The notes under the pieces are model-generated. The model was given only the letters and a program-made list of their open reading frames with translations. It did no database searches and was not told the DNA's origin. Shown in pieces: positions 20,953-29,631 of a DNA stretch of 64,000 nt (positions are counted from its first letter, which is position 1; every line of letters starts with the position of its first letter). The stretch comes from an uncultured Chloroflexia bacterium (GTDB taxonomy: Bacteria; Chloroflexota; Limnocylindria; QHBO01): assembly GCA_963814375.1 (NCBI GenBank), contig CAWFCQ010000002.1:64001-128000 (forward strand), in the 5' to 3' direction. A program made the position numbers and the translations under genes.

Positions 20953-21552
20953 AGCTTCCGGGCTGGGCGATCGCGCTCGTCGCGGAAGTCTGCGCCGCTG
21001 CCGGCACCCAGCCGCCACGGCTCACGTGGCGGGCACGGAGAGGGGAGCATTCCACCGGGGTGACCCGCCGGGACGCTCGGCGTGGTCTCGGTCCGTGCCG
21101 GAACCGATACGCTCGACCAGCGGCTCACCCTGCTGCACGAGCTCGCCCACTGGCTCTCGCCGTCACCGCGCCGCCATCGTGGCCGGGCGACACACCATGG
21201 GCGCGCCTTCTACACGATGGCATTCGACCTCTACCGCCGTCACGGCATTCCCGATGCGGATGCGCTGCGGCTGGAGTCGGGCCGCTATCGCAGCTCGCTC
21301 CGCCACGCTGCCGCCCTCGAGGTCTCGGGGGCCCTCGAGGCTCTGGCCGAGCATCGCGCATCTCTCCGCGCCCGTCCGCGGCGGCGCTGGCGCGTCCTGG
21401 TCGCGGAGCATGTCATCCGTCTCGAGCGCTCCGGGCGGTGGACCGTCTGCTCGCGCTGCGGTCAGCGCGTCGTTGGCCAGAACCTCGCCCGGCTGCGGCG
21501 CACGCGCCGTCCCGTGTCGCACGTCCTGATGACGAGCGCCGAGGCGTCCTGA
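20949..21552 (+). CDS. SprT-like HExxH zinc metalloprotein (frameshifted at about 21078)
   Basis: N-terminus in frame 20949 joins LLHELAH...HHGRAFY and C-terminal CSRC in frame 21082. Confidence 0.65.
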
Positions 21553-21561
21553 GCGGGCCGC

Positions 21562-22458
21562 TCAGGCGGGCGCGCCGACCAAGTCCCTCGCGCGCGCTGC
21601 CGCTTCGGCGAGCGCATTCACCGATGCCACCGAGCGCGGGAAGACATGCGTGATGAGGTGGTCGATTCCGAGCTCGGCGTAACCGGCCAGCCCGGCAGCC
21701 ATCTCGTCGACCGTGCCGCGCATGGCGTGCTCCGGCGTGTCGGCGTCGGCGCCCTCGAAGGCGGCGTGGATGCCGGCGGTCAGCGTCAGCGTCGTCGGAT
21801 CCCTGCCGGCCGCATCGATCGCCGCCCGGAGGTTCGTGAGCCTCGTGCGCAGCTCGTCGGCGGCTTCCGGGAAGCCGAACCAGGCGCCGTTCCACTGGTC
21901 GGCGTGCCGCGCGACGAGGTCGAGCATGCGCGGCTGCTTGCCGGCGATGAGGATCGGCGGCCCGCCGGGGCGCACGGGACGCGGCAGGAGCTCGGTCTCG
22001 GCGCGGTGCCATCGGCCGCTGAAGCTGACCTTCCCGTCGCGCAGCAGTGACGCGATGATGGTCAGCGCCTCCTCGAACCGGCCGACGCGATGGTCGAACG
22101 GGTAGTCGTAGTCGTCGAACTCGGGCTGATGCCAGCCGCAGCCGAGGCCGAGGATGAGCCTGCCTCCGCTGACGTCGTCGAGCTCGGCGGCCATCTTGGC
22201 GGTGAGCGCCGGGTTGCGGAACGGCGTCGCCAGCACGAGCGGTCCGATCTCGACGCGGCTCGTCACCGCGGCGACTGCCGTGAGCACGGTCCAGGCCTCG
22301 TGGATCCCGACGACCTCCTCGCCGTCGCGGAAGATGAGGTGGTCGGGCAACCAGACGGAGTCGAGTCCGCCGGCCTCGGCGGCCAGTGCCATCTGCTTGA
22401 TGTCGTCGTAGCCGGCCACGTCATCGTCGCCGAGGGGGAGCATCAGTCCGATCTTCAT
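21562..22458 (-). CDS. LLM-class flavin-dependent oxidoreductase
   Basis: SVWLPDH, SGGRLILGLGCGW, RFEEAL; TAGCAT -10 7 nt upstream. Confidence 0.92.
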   Translation of the reverse strand: MKIGLMLPLGDDDVAGYDDIKQMALAAEAGGLDSVWLPDHLIFRDGEEVVGIHEAWTVLTAVAAVTSRVEIGPLVLATPFRNPALTAKMAAELDDVSGGRLILGLGCGWHQPEFDDYDYPFDHRVGRFEEALTIIASLLRDGKVSFSGRWHRAETELLPRPVRPGGPPILIAGKQPRMLDLVARHADQWNGAWFGFPEAADELRTRLTNLRAAIDAAGRDPTTLTLTAGIHAAFEGADADTPEHAMRGTVDEMAAGLAGYAELGIDHLITHVFPRSVASVNALAEAAARARDLVGAPA

Positions 22459-22508
22459 GGTGCTCATGCTAGCGTCGCGCCTCGGACGCATCGGTCTACC
22501 GTAGGCCG

Positions 22509-23627
22509 ATGTCCGATCTGCCCCTCACCGGGATCCGCGTCGCAGACCTGAGCCGGGTTTTGGCCGGGCCGTTCGCGACGATGCTGCTGGGCGATCTCGG
22601 CGCGGACGTCATCAAGGTCGAGCCGCCGGATGGTGACGAGACCCGGACATGGGGACCGCCGTGGTGGGGGGATCCGTCAGATCGGCGTAGCGCCTATTTC
22701 GCATCGGTCAATCGCAACAAGCGCAGCATCGTGCTCGACCTGCGCACCGATGAAGGTCGCGTCACCCTGGACCGCCTCCTGGCGCGCAGCGATCTGCTCG
22801 TCCACAACTACCGGCCGTCGACCGCCCTTCGCCTGGGCCTCGAGACCGATGCGCTCCGCGAGCGCCACCCTGACCTCGTTGTCGCCACCGTGGGTGGCTT
22901 TCCCGGCGCCGATGCCGAACGTCCCGCCTACGACCTGCTGGCGCAGGCGGTCTCCGGGCTGATGTCGGTGACCGGGGAGGCCGATGGTCCGCCGATGAAG
23001 GTCGGCGTGGCGCTGCTCGACCTCATCGCCGGGCTCGAGTGCGCCGTCGGGGCGCTCGCCGCGCTCGTCGGTCGCGGTCGCGGTTCGGGCGTCGCCACCG
23101 TGCAGGTGAACCTCGTCGAGGCAGGCGTCACCTCGCTGATCAACGTCCTCGGCAACTACCTCGCGACCGGCGTCGAGCCTGGGCGACATGGCAATGCGCA
23201 TCCGAACATCGCGCCGTATCAGGCGTTCTCGGCGCGCGACGGCCATCTCGTGATCGCCGTTGGTAACGACGCGCAGTTCGGTCGGCTCCTCGCCGCACTC
23301 GGGCTCGAGGATCCCGACGGGCGTTTCGCGACGAACGCGCTGCGGGTGGCCGCGCGCGAGGAGCTGTCGGCGTGGCTCGGCGGAGCGATCGGACGATGGG
23401 AGCGTGGTCAGCTCGTGGCCGCGCTGTCCGAGGCCGACGTGCCCGCGGGGCCGGTCAACAATGTGCCCGACGCACTTTCGGCTATGGGCGACGGATGGGT
23501 TAAGGAGCTCGACGGTGTGCGCGTGGCGCCCGGTCCGATGCGCATCGACGATCAGCTCACGCCGCTGCGACGACCATCCCCACGCCTGGGCGAGCACACC
23601 GACGAGGTGCTCGCGGAACTCGAATGA
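22509..23627 (+). CDS. CaiB/BaiF family III CoA transferase
   Basis: DLSRVLAGPF, GADVIKVEPP, NRNKRS, P.LGEHTDEVL. Confidence 0.95.
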   Translation: MSDLPLTGIRVADLSRVLAGPFATMLLGDLGADVIKVEPPDGDETRTWGPPWWGDPSDRRSAYFASVNRNKRSIVLDLRTDEGRVTLDRLLARSDLLVHNYRPSTALRLGLETDALRERHPDLVVATVGGFPGADAERPAYDLLAQAVSGLMSVTGEADGPPMKVGVALLDLIAGLECAVGALAALVGRGRGSGVATVQVNLVEAGVTSLINVLGNYLATGVEPGRHGNAHPNIAPYQAFSARDGHLVIAVGNDAQFGRLLAALGLEDPDGRFATNALRVAAREELSAWLGGAIGRWERGQLVAALSEADVPAGPVNNVPDALSAMGDGWVKELDGVRVAPGPMRIDDQLTPLRRPSPRLGEHTDEVLAELE

Positions 23628-23631
23628 GGAA

Positions 23632-23707
23632 TGGAGCGGGAGACGGGATTCGAACCCGCGACAGCCGGCTTGGAAGGCCGGTACTCTTCCAACTGAGTTA
23701 CTCCCGC
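23632..23707 (-). tRNA. tRNA-Gly(TCC)
   Basis: 76 nt GCGGGAG...CTCCCGC-T-CCA; anticodon stem CCGGC/GCCGG with loop CTTCCAA; GGTTCGAATCC T-arm; encoded CCA. Confidence 0.97.
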
Positions 23708-24324
23708 GCGGAGCGCGCTACCCACGTCCTCAGACGGTGGCAGTTCGCGCAGACGATATCGCATTTCGCGACCTCGCCCAAGATTGTCGCAGTGGACTGC
23801 CGGCCGACCATTCGCGTAACCGTATAGAGCTTGTCGGCAGGATCGCGGTGATCGAAGTCCATCGAGCATGCCTCGAAGCGTCCGCTGCAGTCTGCGCACG
23901 GCACGTCGCGAAGCCCGTCCAGGAGTCTGACCTGCTCTCTCCATTTCCGGAGCCTCAGGACCTGCGAAGGCGCCTTCGACGCATCCCTTCTCGGTCGCCT
24001 GCGCTCTGTGTCGCGAGTCCGGAGTCGGTGGCAGTTGACGCAGACGATGTCGCATTTCGCTACTTCCGCGAGAACCCGCTGCGTGGACATGAGCATCGCG
24101 CGGCCGGTCATCACGTTGAATGACTTCGTCGACGGATCTCGATGGTCGAAGTCCATCTGGTGAGGCTTGAGCTGCCTGCCGCAATCCGTGCACGGGACGC
24201 GTCGCAGGTCGCGGAGGAGCTCGACCATGCCCGCCTGCCGAACTCGCACGCGCTGGAGCTCGAGCTCGCGATTCCGCGCGTAGTACTCGACGTTGTATGG
24301 GCGTTGGCTGCGTCTGCGCGACAT
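23698..24324 (-). CDS. Tandem double-HNH endonuclease-like protein overlapping tRNA-Gly
   Basis: Two copies of CxxC...MDFDHRDP...KCDIVCxNCHRLRT, 97 aa apart; TAA stop lies inside the tRNA. Confidence 0.85.
   Translation of the reverse strand: MSRRRSQRPYNVEYYARNRELELQRVRVRQAGMVELLRDLRRVPCTDCGRQLKPHQMDFDHRDPSTKSFNVMTGRAMLMSTQRVLAEVAKCDIVCVNCHRLRTRDTERRRPRRDASKAPSQVLRLRKWREQVRLLDGLRDVPCADCSGRFEACSMDFDHRDPADKLYTVTRMVGRQSTATILGEVAKCDIVCANCHRLRTWVARSARE
23735..24060. repeat. Intragenic direct repeat (23735-23769 and 24026-24060)
   Basis: 35-nt copies with 3 mismatches, 291 bp apart, encoding the AKCDIVCxNCHR motif. Confidence 0.85.
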
Positions 24325-24329
24325 GCACG

Positions 24330-24348
24330 ATTATAGCACAGATGTTCT
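24330..24348 (-). promoter_or_regulatory. Extended -10 promoter (TGcTATAAT) overlapped by a LexA/SOS-box-like site (AGAAC-ATCT-GTGC)
   Basis: Perfect TATAAT 5 nt before the HNH ATG; GAAC-N4-GTTC with one mismatch. Confidence 0.65.
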
Positions 24349-24500
24349 ATTTACCCTCACAAAGGTGGCGCGGACGGCCATGCAATCCACCGAACTCCTC
24401 TTGACCGCACACCTAGACTTACGCCGCGGCCCGGCAACATGAGCCAGGCGGGAGGCTCCTGACCGGACCGTTCGGGGGGCACACCGAGGAGGATTGGCAC

Positions 24501-26016
24501 GTGACAGCTACTGCGCAGTCCCCGGACCCAGCGTCCCCGACCCTCGCGCGCAACGCCATCGGCCTTACCGAGGTCCTGTTCCAGTCGATCACGCACATGG
24601 CGCCGGCCGTCGCCACTGCGATCTCGATCGGCGCCGCGACCGCCTTCGCCGGCGGGATCACGCCGCTCGCCCTTGTGTTCGCCATGATCGCGGTGCTCTT
24701 CACCGCATATTCGATGAGCGAGCTGGCGCGTCACCTGCCCTCGGCGGGTGGGATGTACACCTATGTCGGGCGCGGGCTCGGCTCGTTCTTCGGCTGGCTG
24801 GTCGCCTGGTCGTTCGCCTTCGCCGAGCCCCTGATCATGCCGATTCTGCTCGGCGGCTTCGGCTTCTACGGGGCGATCTTCCTGTCGACCTACCTCGGCA
24901 TCGAGTTCGAGATGGCCTGGATCGTCCTGGCGCTCGTGTGTGCGGCGCTCGTGTGGTTCCTCAACTACCGCGGCATCGCGCTCTCGACTCGAACGGGAGT
25001 GGCCCTCGGCCTGATCGAGATCGGGATCTTCCTGCTCATCTCGACGCTCCTGATCGTCAACGCCGAGGAGAACACGCTGAGTGTCTTCGTCCCCGGGGAG
25101 GCGGGCCTGCTTCCGGCGTTCCAGGGGATGATCTTCTGCCTCCTGGCATTCATCGGCTTCGAGGCCGCCGCCCCGCTCGGCGAGGAGACGGAGGAACCGC
25201 GGCGCACGATCCCGAAGGCGGTGATCTACTCGGCGGTCCTCGTCGGCGTCTTCTATGTCTTCAACATGTACGCCGCGACGGTGTACTTCGGTCCCGACAA
25301 CATGACCGACTTCCTGGCTGCCAATGACGGCGACCCGTGGGGTGGGATGGCGACCGAGGTGATGGGCACGCTCGGCGGCCTGCTCGTGATCTTCGCGATC
25401 CTCAACAGCTGCATCGCGAACGCGAACTCGAGCGCAACGGCGGCCACGCGTTCACTGTTCGCGATGGGCCGGGCCACCCTGATCACGCGCTGGTTCGCAA
25501 CGATCCACCCGACATACAGGTCACCGGTGAACGCGGTCCACTTCCAGACGATTCTGGCGGTCATCGTCGCCATCGGGATCGGGCTCGCCCTCCCTGACGA
25601 CCCGATTCCGGGAGCACCCGGGCTCAACGTCTACATCTGGCTCGGGACCGCCGTCGGGCTGCTGTTTGCCGGGATGTACATCCTGGTGAATCTCGCCTGC
25701 ATCGGCTACTTCCTGCGCGAGGGCAGGAGCGAGTTCAACCCGCTGAAGCACGTGGTGGTGCCGATCCTCGGCGTGATCGCGATGATCCCGGCGGTATTGG
25801 CCGTGATCGGCGGCGTCACCATCCCGATCCTCGATGTCGAGCTCGCCCCGTACGAGAACTCGCTGCGCTGGACGGCACCGGTCGTCGGCGTGTGGGTCCT
25901 GCTCGGGATCGTCTTCTACTTCGTGCTCCGGGCCAGGAACCCGGAGGCGCTGGAGCGCGTGGACGATGTCTACGGCGGCGAGGATGCACCCGGTCGAGCA
26001 GCCCGCCAGCTCCTGA
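24501..26016 (+). CDS. APC-family amino acid/amine permease
   Basis: GAGGAGG RBS, PSAGGMYTY, FIGFEAAA..GEE; natural end probably EDAPVEQPASS* at 26016 (extra C near 25990; the ORF as given runs to 26087). Confidence 0.9.
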
Positions 26017-26052
26017 CCGATGCGGGCCGGCGGACGACCGCCGGCCCGTTCG

Positions 26053-26994
26053 CTACGCGAAGATCCCGAGGGGGCAGTGGGCGGTGACGACGAAGTTCGG
26101 CACGTCCACGATCTCGCTGATGCGCAGGTCCACCGCGACCGAGCACAGCAGGTAGGCCTGGATCGGGTCGAGGTCGTGCTCGCGACCCAGCCACTCGATC
26201 ATGCGCGAGATCGCGTCGCGCGAGGCGGTCATCAGGTCCGGCCCGATGCCGTCGGTGGCGTACCTCGCGCCGTTGCGCAGCGCGGCATGCGGGTCGGGTG
26301 CGGCGACGAACTCGGGCCCGGTGACGTGGAGGTCCTTGCGCACGCTGAGGCGGACGAGCGCGCGCATCGGCGTCTCGATGGCCGTGCCCGAGACCTCGCC
26401 GTCGCCCTGGGTTGCATGCCCATCGCCTATCGAGAAGCGAGCTCCCGCATGGAATACCGGCAGGAAGAGGCTCGAGCCGGCGACGAGGTGGCGGGTGTCC
26501 ATGTTGCCACCGTGCAGGTCGGGCGGAATGGTCGAGAGCGGCCCGGTCTCTGGCGCGACCCCGAGCTCTCCGCAGAAGGGCGCGAGGGGCAGCCGGATGC
26601 CCGGCCAGAACTCGACGCGGTCGGCGCCCGGGTCGAGGCGCGTGATCTTGAGCGAGGCGTTCGGGAAGTCGTCCGCCATGAGCCCGAAGCCGGGGATCGA
26701 GGCGGTCCAGCCCCAGTCCGCGGGCTCGAACTCGAGGAGGTCGACCTGGAGGGTGTCGCCCGGCTCGGCGCCGGCGACCTCGACCGGACCGGTGACCTGG
26801 TCGACGCTCGCGAAGTCGAGGGTCGCCAGCGCGTCGGTCGTCGAGTCCGCGGTGATCTGGCCGTTGGAGGCATCGAGGCAGTCGAACTCGACCACGTCGC
26901 CCGACCCGACTGTCGCCACCGGTTCGATGGCCGGATCCCAGGCCAGGTGGTTCTGATCGGCGCCGATGCGTGTCGCCGGACCAGCAGAGCCCAT
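26053..26994 (-). CDS. Acetamidase/formamidase family protein
   Basis: TGPVEVAGAEPGDTL, HGGNMD, GDGHATQGDGEVSGTAIE. Confidence 0.95.
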   Translation of the reverse strand: MGSAGPATRIGADQNHLAWDPAIEPVATVGSGDVVEFDCLDASNGQITADSTTDALATLDFASVDQVTGPVEVAGAEPGDTLQVDLLEFEPADWGWTASIPGFGLMADDFPNASLKITRLDPGADRVEFWPGIRLPLAPFCGELGVAPETGPLSTIPPDLHGGNMDTRHLVAGSSLFLPVFHAGARFSIGDGHATQGDGEVSGTAIETPMRALVRLSVRKDLHVTGPEFVAAPDPHAALRNGARYATDGIGPDLMTASRDAISRMIEWLGREHDLDPIQAYLLCSVAVDLRISEIVDVPNFVVTAHCPLGIFA

Positions 26995-27005
26995 GGGTCG
27001 ACCTC

Positions 27006-27302
27006 CTACTCGATCTTGATCTCTTCGTGCTGGCTGCCGGTCTTCTCCTTGGCCTCGGCCTCGTCGAGGCGCTCGATCCAGCGATCGAGGTACACCCGCG
27101 CGGCGAGCAGCTGCTCGCGGCCCGCGGTCTTGAGGTGCTTCCGGGCCTCTTCGGGGAAGACGGCATGCATCACGGCCCAGAAGGCGCTCTCCATCCCGCT
27201 GCGGCTGTCGTCCACGGTGGATCGCCAGGTGCTCCGCTTCTCGAGCTCGGCGATGCGCGACTCGAGCTGTGCGGTTCGGTCGGTGGGCTGTTCATCGGTC
27301 AC
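27006..27302 (-). CDS. Small helical protein coupled to the ArsA/Get3-like ATPase
   Basis: GTGA overlap, GGAG RBS; coiled-coil N-terminus and HLKTAGREQLLAAR motif. Confidence 0.75.
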   Translation of the reverse strand: MTDEQPTDRTAQLESRIAELEKRSTWRSTVDDSRSGMESAFWAVMHAVFPEEARKHLKTAGREQLLAARVYLDRWIERLDEAEAKEKTGSQHEEIKIE

Positions 27303-28492
27303 GACGGTGTCTCCTGTTCGCGGGCGGTCCCGCTGCCGAATCGGATCCTGAGGGTGCCGTCCTCGAACTTCGCGCCGCTCGTCGGCGCGTCCACGAGGAG
27401 CCGAGGAAGGATGAGCGTCCGTCGCCACGTGCCGAGGTCGATGATGAGCTCGTCGCCATGGCGTGAGAGATGGATCTGCTGCTTCTCGGTGAAGGGTAGA
27501 TCGACCGACAGCAGGAAGGTGCCGTTGTCGCGGACGACCTCGTAGGGACGCCCTCGGTAGAAGAAGGCGGTCGGGTCGGCATCGGCGTACAGCGCGTTGG
27601 ACAGCTCGCGGAGCAGATCGACGCCGACCATCTCGCGGTCGAAGAAGGGCGCCTTCTTGACCGGGATCGGATGGAACGTCTTCTCCACGAGCGGGCCGTA
27701 GCGCTGCTGGGCCTCGTACCAGCCGCGGAAGTACTCGCCGACCTCGTCGGGCAGCACGCGGTTCGCGACGACGAGGTCGGTGGGGTAGCCGTAGAGGTGG
27801 AAGTAGGTGAACGAGCGCTGTGCCTCGGCGATGACGACCTGCTCGAGCGTCAGCACCACGCGGACGGACGTGGTGTCGCGATCCGTCAGGAGCGTATGCA
27901 TGTGCTCGAGGCGCGCGAACAGCTCCTCGCCGGCGTCGAAGACGTCGTCGCCGGGCATCGGCATGCCGACCACACGCTGGATCAGCGGGCCGGTGAGCTT
28001 GGTGATGCGCCGGGTGAGCGGCTCGATGCGCTGCATCCACCAGCGCGCCGCGTCGGGCAGCGACAGCAGGCGCAGCGTCTCGCCGGTGGGGGCGGAGTCG
28101 ACGACCACGACGTCGTAGGCGCCCGAGTCGTGATGGTCCGCGATCCACAGCAGGGCTCCGACCTCGTCCATGCCGGGCAGGACGGTCATCTCCTCCGCCA
28201 TCACGTCATCCAGCCCTCTCCAGCGCAGGACCGATGCGGCGTACTGCTGGATGCGACCCCAGTAGCGCGTGACGTTGAAGAAGACGTCCGACTCCTGCGC
28301 CCACAGGTTCGGCACGATCTCGCGCGGGGTTGGACCGAGCTCGAGGTCGAAGGCGTCGCCCAGGCTGTGGGCGATGTCGGTCGACATCACGATCGTGCGG
28401 TAGCCACGATCGGCGCATGCCAGGGCAGTCGCGGCGGCGACGCTTGTCTTGCCGACGCCGCCCTTACCGGTGTAGAGGAGGATGCGCGTCAC
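27299..28492 (-). CDS. ArsA/Get3-like ATPase with C-terminal HSP20-like domain
   Basis: YTGKGGVGKTS, STDIAHSLGD, DSAPTGETLRLL; C-terminal beta-rich ..GDELIIDLG..AKFEDGTLRIRF. Confidence 0.92.
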   Translation of the reverse strand: MTRILLYTGKGGVGKTSVAAATALACADRGYRTIVMSTDIAHSLGDAFDLELGPTPREIVPNLWAQESDVFFNVTRYWGRIQQYAASVLRWRGLDDVMAEEMTVLPGMDEVGALLWIADHHDSGAYDVVVVDSAPTGETLRLLSLPDAARWWMQRIEPLTRRITKLTGPLIQRVVGMPMPGDDVFDAGEELFARLEHMHTLLTDRDTTSVRVVLTLEQVVIAEAQRSFTYFHLYGYPTDLVVANRVLPDEVGEYFRGWYEAQQRYGPLVEKTFHPIPVKKAPFFDREMVGVDLLRELSNALYADADPTAFFYRGRPYEVVRDNGTFLLSVDLPFTEKQQIHLSRHGDELIIDLGTWRRTLILPRLLVDAPTSGAKFEDGTLRIRFGSGTAREQETPS

Positions 28493-28558
28493 GGCGCGGG
28501 AACGCCTCCGATGCGAGCGTCGATTCTACCGACGTCCGAGGCTCAGGAACGTCCGTCG

Positions 28559-29503
28559 TCAGGTTCCGGCCAGCTGCTCGACGACGGCATCGAGCTCGCC
28601 GACCTCGCCGACCATGATCGACGTGATCCCGAGCTCATCCCGGAGCCTTCGGAACTTCTCGACGAAGCCGTCCGCGGTGTTGATGAAGATGTGCGGCGAG
28701 TCGAGCAGCTCCTCCGCCGTGATCGGCACGCCGCTCCGCTCGGTGAGGCGCTCGGCGACCTCGCCGGCCTCGCGCAGCGGTGCATCGGTGACGCTGATGC
28801 CGGTCATTGACGGGTAGATGTTGAGCTCGAGGGTCTCGAACCGATCGCCCGCCGCCTGCCGCACCCAGTCGATCTTCTCGCGGGTGCCCTCGATGGTCAC
28901 CGAAGACGGATCGGCGGCTCCGACGGGCAGGATTCTTGGCGCCATCCCGACGATCTGCGCCTCGCGTGCCGCGAGCTCGAGGGTCCGCCTCCCGCCGCCG
29001 CCGATGAGGATCGGCGGATGTGGCTTCTGGATCGGCTTTGGCTGAGCGTCGTACTCGCGGATCGTGTAGTGCTCGCCGGCGAAGCTGAACGGCTCGTCCG
29101 CGAAGCAACGCTTGAGGATGGTGACGGCCTCCGCCAGGCGCGCCTGACGCACGGGCGTCGGATCGAACGGCAGGCCGATCGCCTCGTACTCTGGGCGGTT
29201 CCAGCCGGCGCCGATGGCGACGTCGAGCCGCCCCTCGCTGAGGATGTCGAGGCTCGCCAGGTCCTGCGCCAGCACGGCGGGATGGCGGAGGTCGTTGTTC
29301 AGGACGAATGCGCTGATGCGCAGGGTCTCGCTGATCGCGGCGATGGCCGCCATCGTCGGCGCCGGCGAGAGCTGCGGGATGAGGTGATCGGGCACGACCA
29401 GCGTGTCGATCCCGATGGCCTCGGCGCGGCGGACCGTCTCGGTCAGCTCTCGGATGCTGGCGATGCCCCGCGCATCGGCGAGGAAGCGGAACGGACGAGC
29501 CAT
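28559..29503 (-). CDS. LLM-class (probably F420-dependent) oxidoreductase
   Basis: MARPFRF, PDH, NNDLRHPAVLA, GAGWNRPEY, IGGGGRRTL. Confidence 0.9.
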   Translation of the reverse strand: MARPFRFLADARGIASIRELTETVRRAEAIGIDTLVVPDHLIPQLSPAPTMAAIAAISETLRISAFVLNNDLRHPAVLAQDLASLDILSEGRLDVAIGAGWNRPEYEAIGLPFDPTPVRQARLAEAVTILKRCFADEPFSFAGEHYTIREYDAQPKPIQKPHPPILIGGGGRRTLELAAREAQIVGMAPRILPVGAADPSSVTIEGTREKIDWVRQAAGDRFETLELNIYPSMTGISVTDAPLREAGEVAERLTERSGVPITAEELLDSPHIFINTADGFVEKFRRLRDELGITSIMVGEVGELDAVVEQLAGT

Positions 29504-29602
29504 GTGGTCATTGTGACTGAACACGAGCCTCCGCGGGATTGCGGTGCACCCGCGCCACGGCGTGATGCGGTGCGGTGCGGTCCGGTGAGATGCCGCGAGT
29601 TG

Positions 29603-29619
29603 TGGCATGCATGCTGCCA
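29603..29619. promoter_or_regulatory. Palindrome TGGCA-N7-TGCCA, also sigma54-like GG-N10-GC
   Basis: TGGCATGCATGCTGCCA 12 nt before the ATG at 29632. Confidence 0.35.
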
Positions 29620-29631
29620 TGTTCCACTCCG

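Noticed and set aside
23560-23707. Integrated element at the tRNA-Gly 3' end
   Set aside because: No integrase and no duplicated tRNA 3' end seen; a housekeeping gene abuts it
23632-24324. Group I intron or split tRNA carrying the HNH
   Set aside because: The tRNA is contiguous and complete; no second exon or ribozyme core seen
26016-26087. 35-bp convergent overlap of the permease and acetamidase genes
   Set aside because: Disappears if one C near 25990 is removed
27299-28492. Arsenic resistance operon
   Set aside because: No arsB, arsC, arsD or arsR; single ATPase domain with HSP20-like tail
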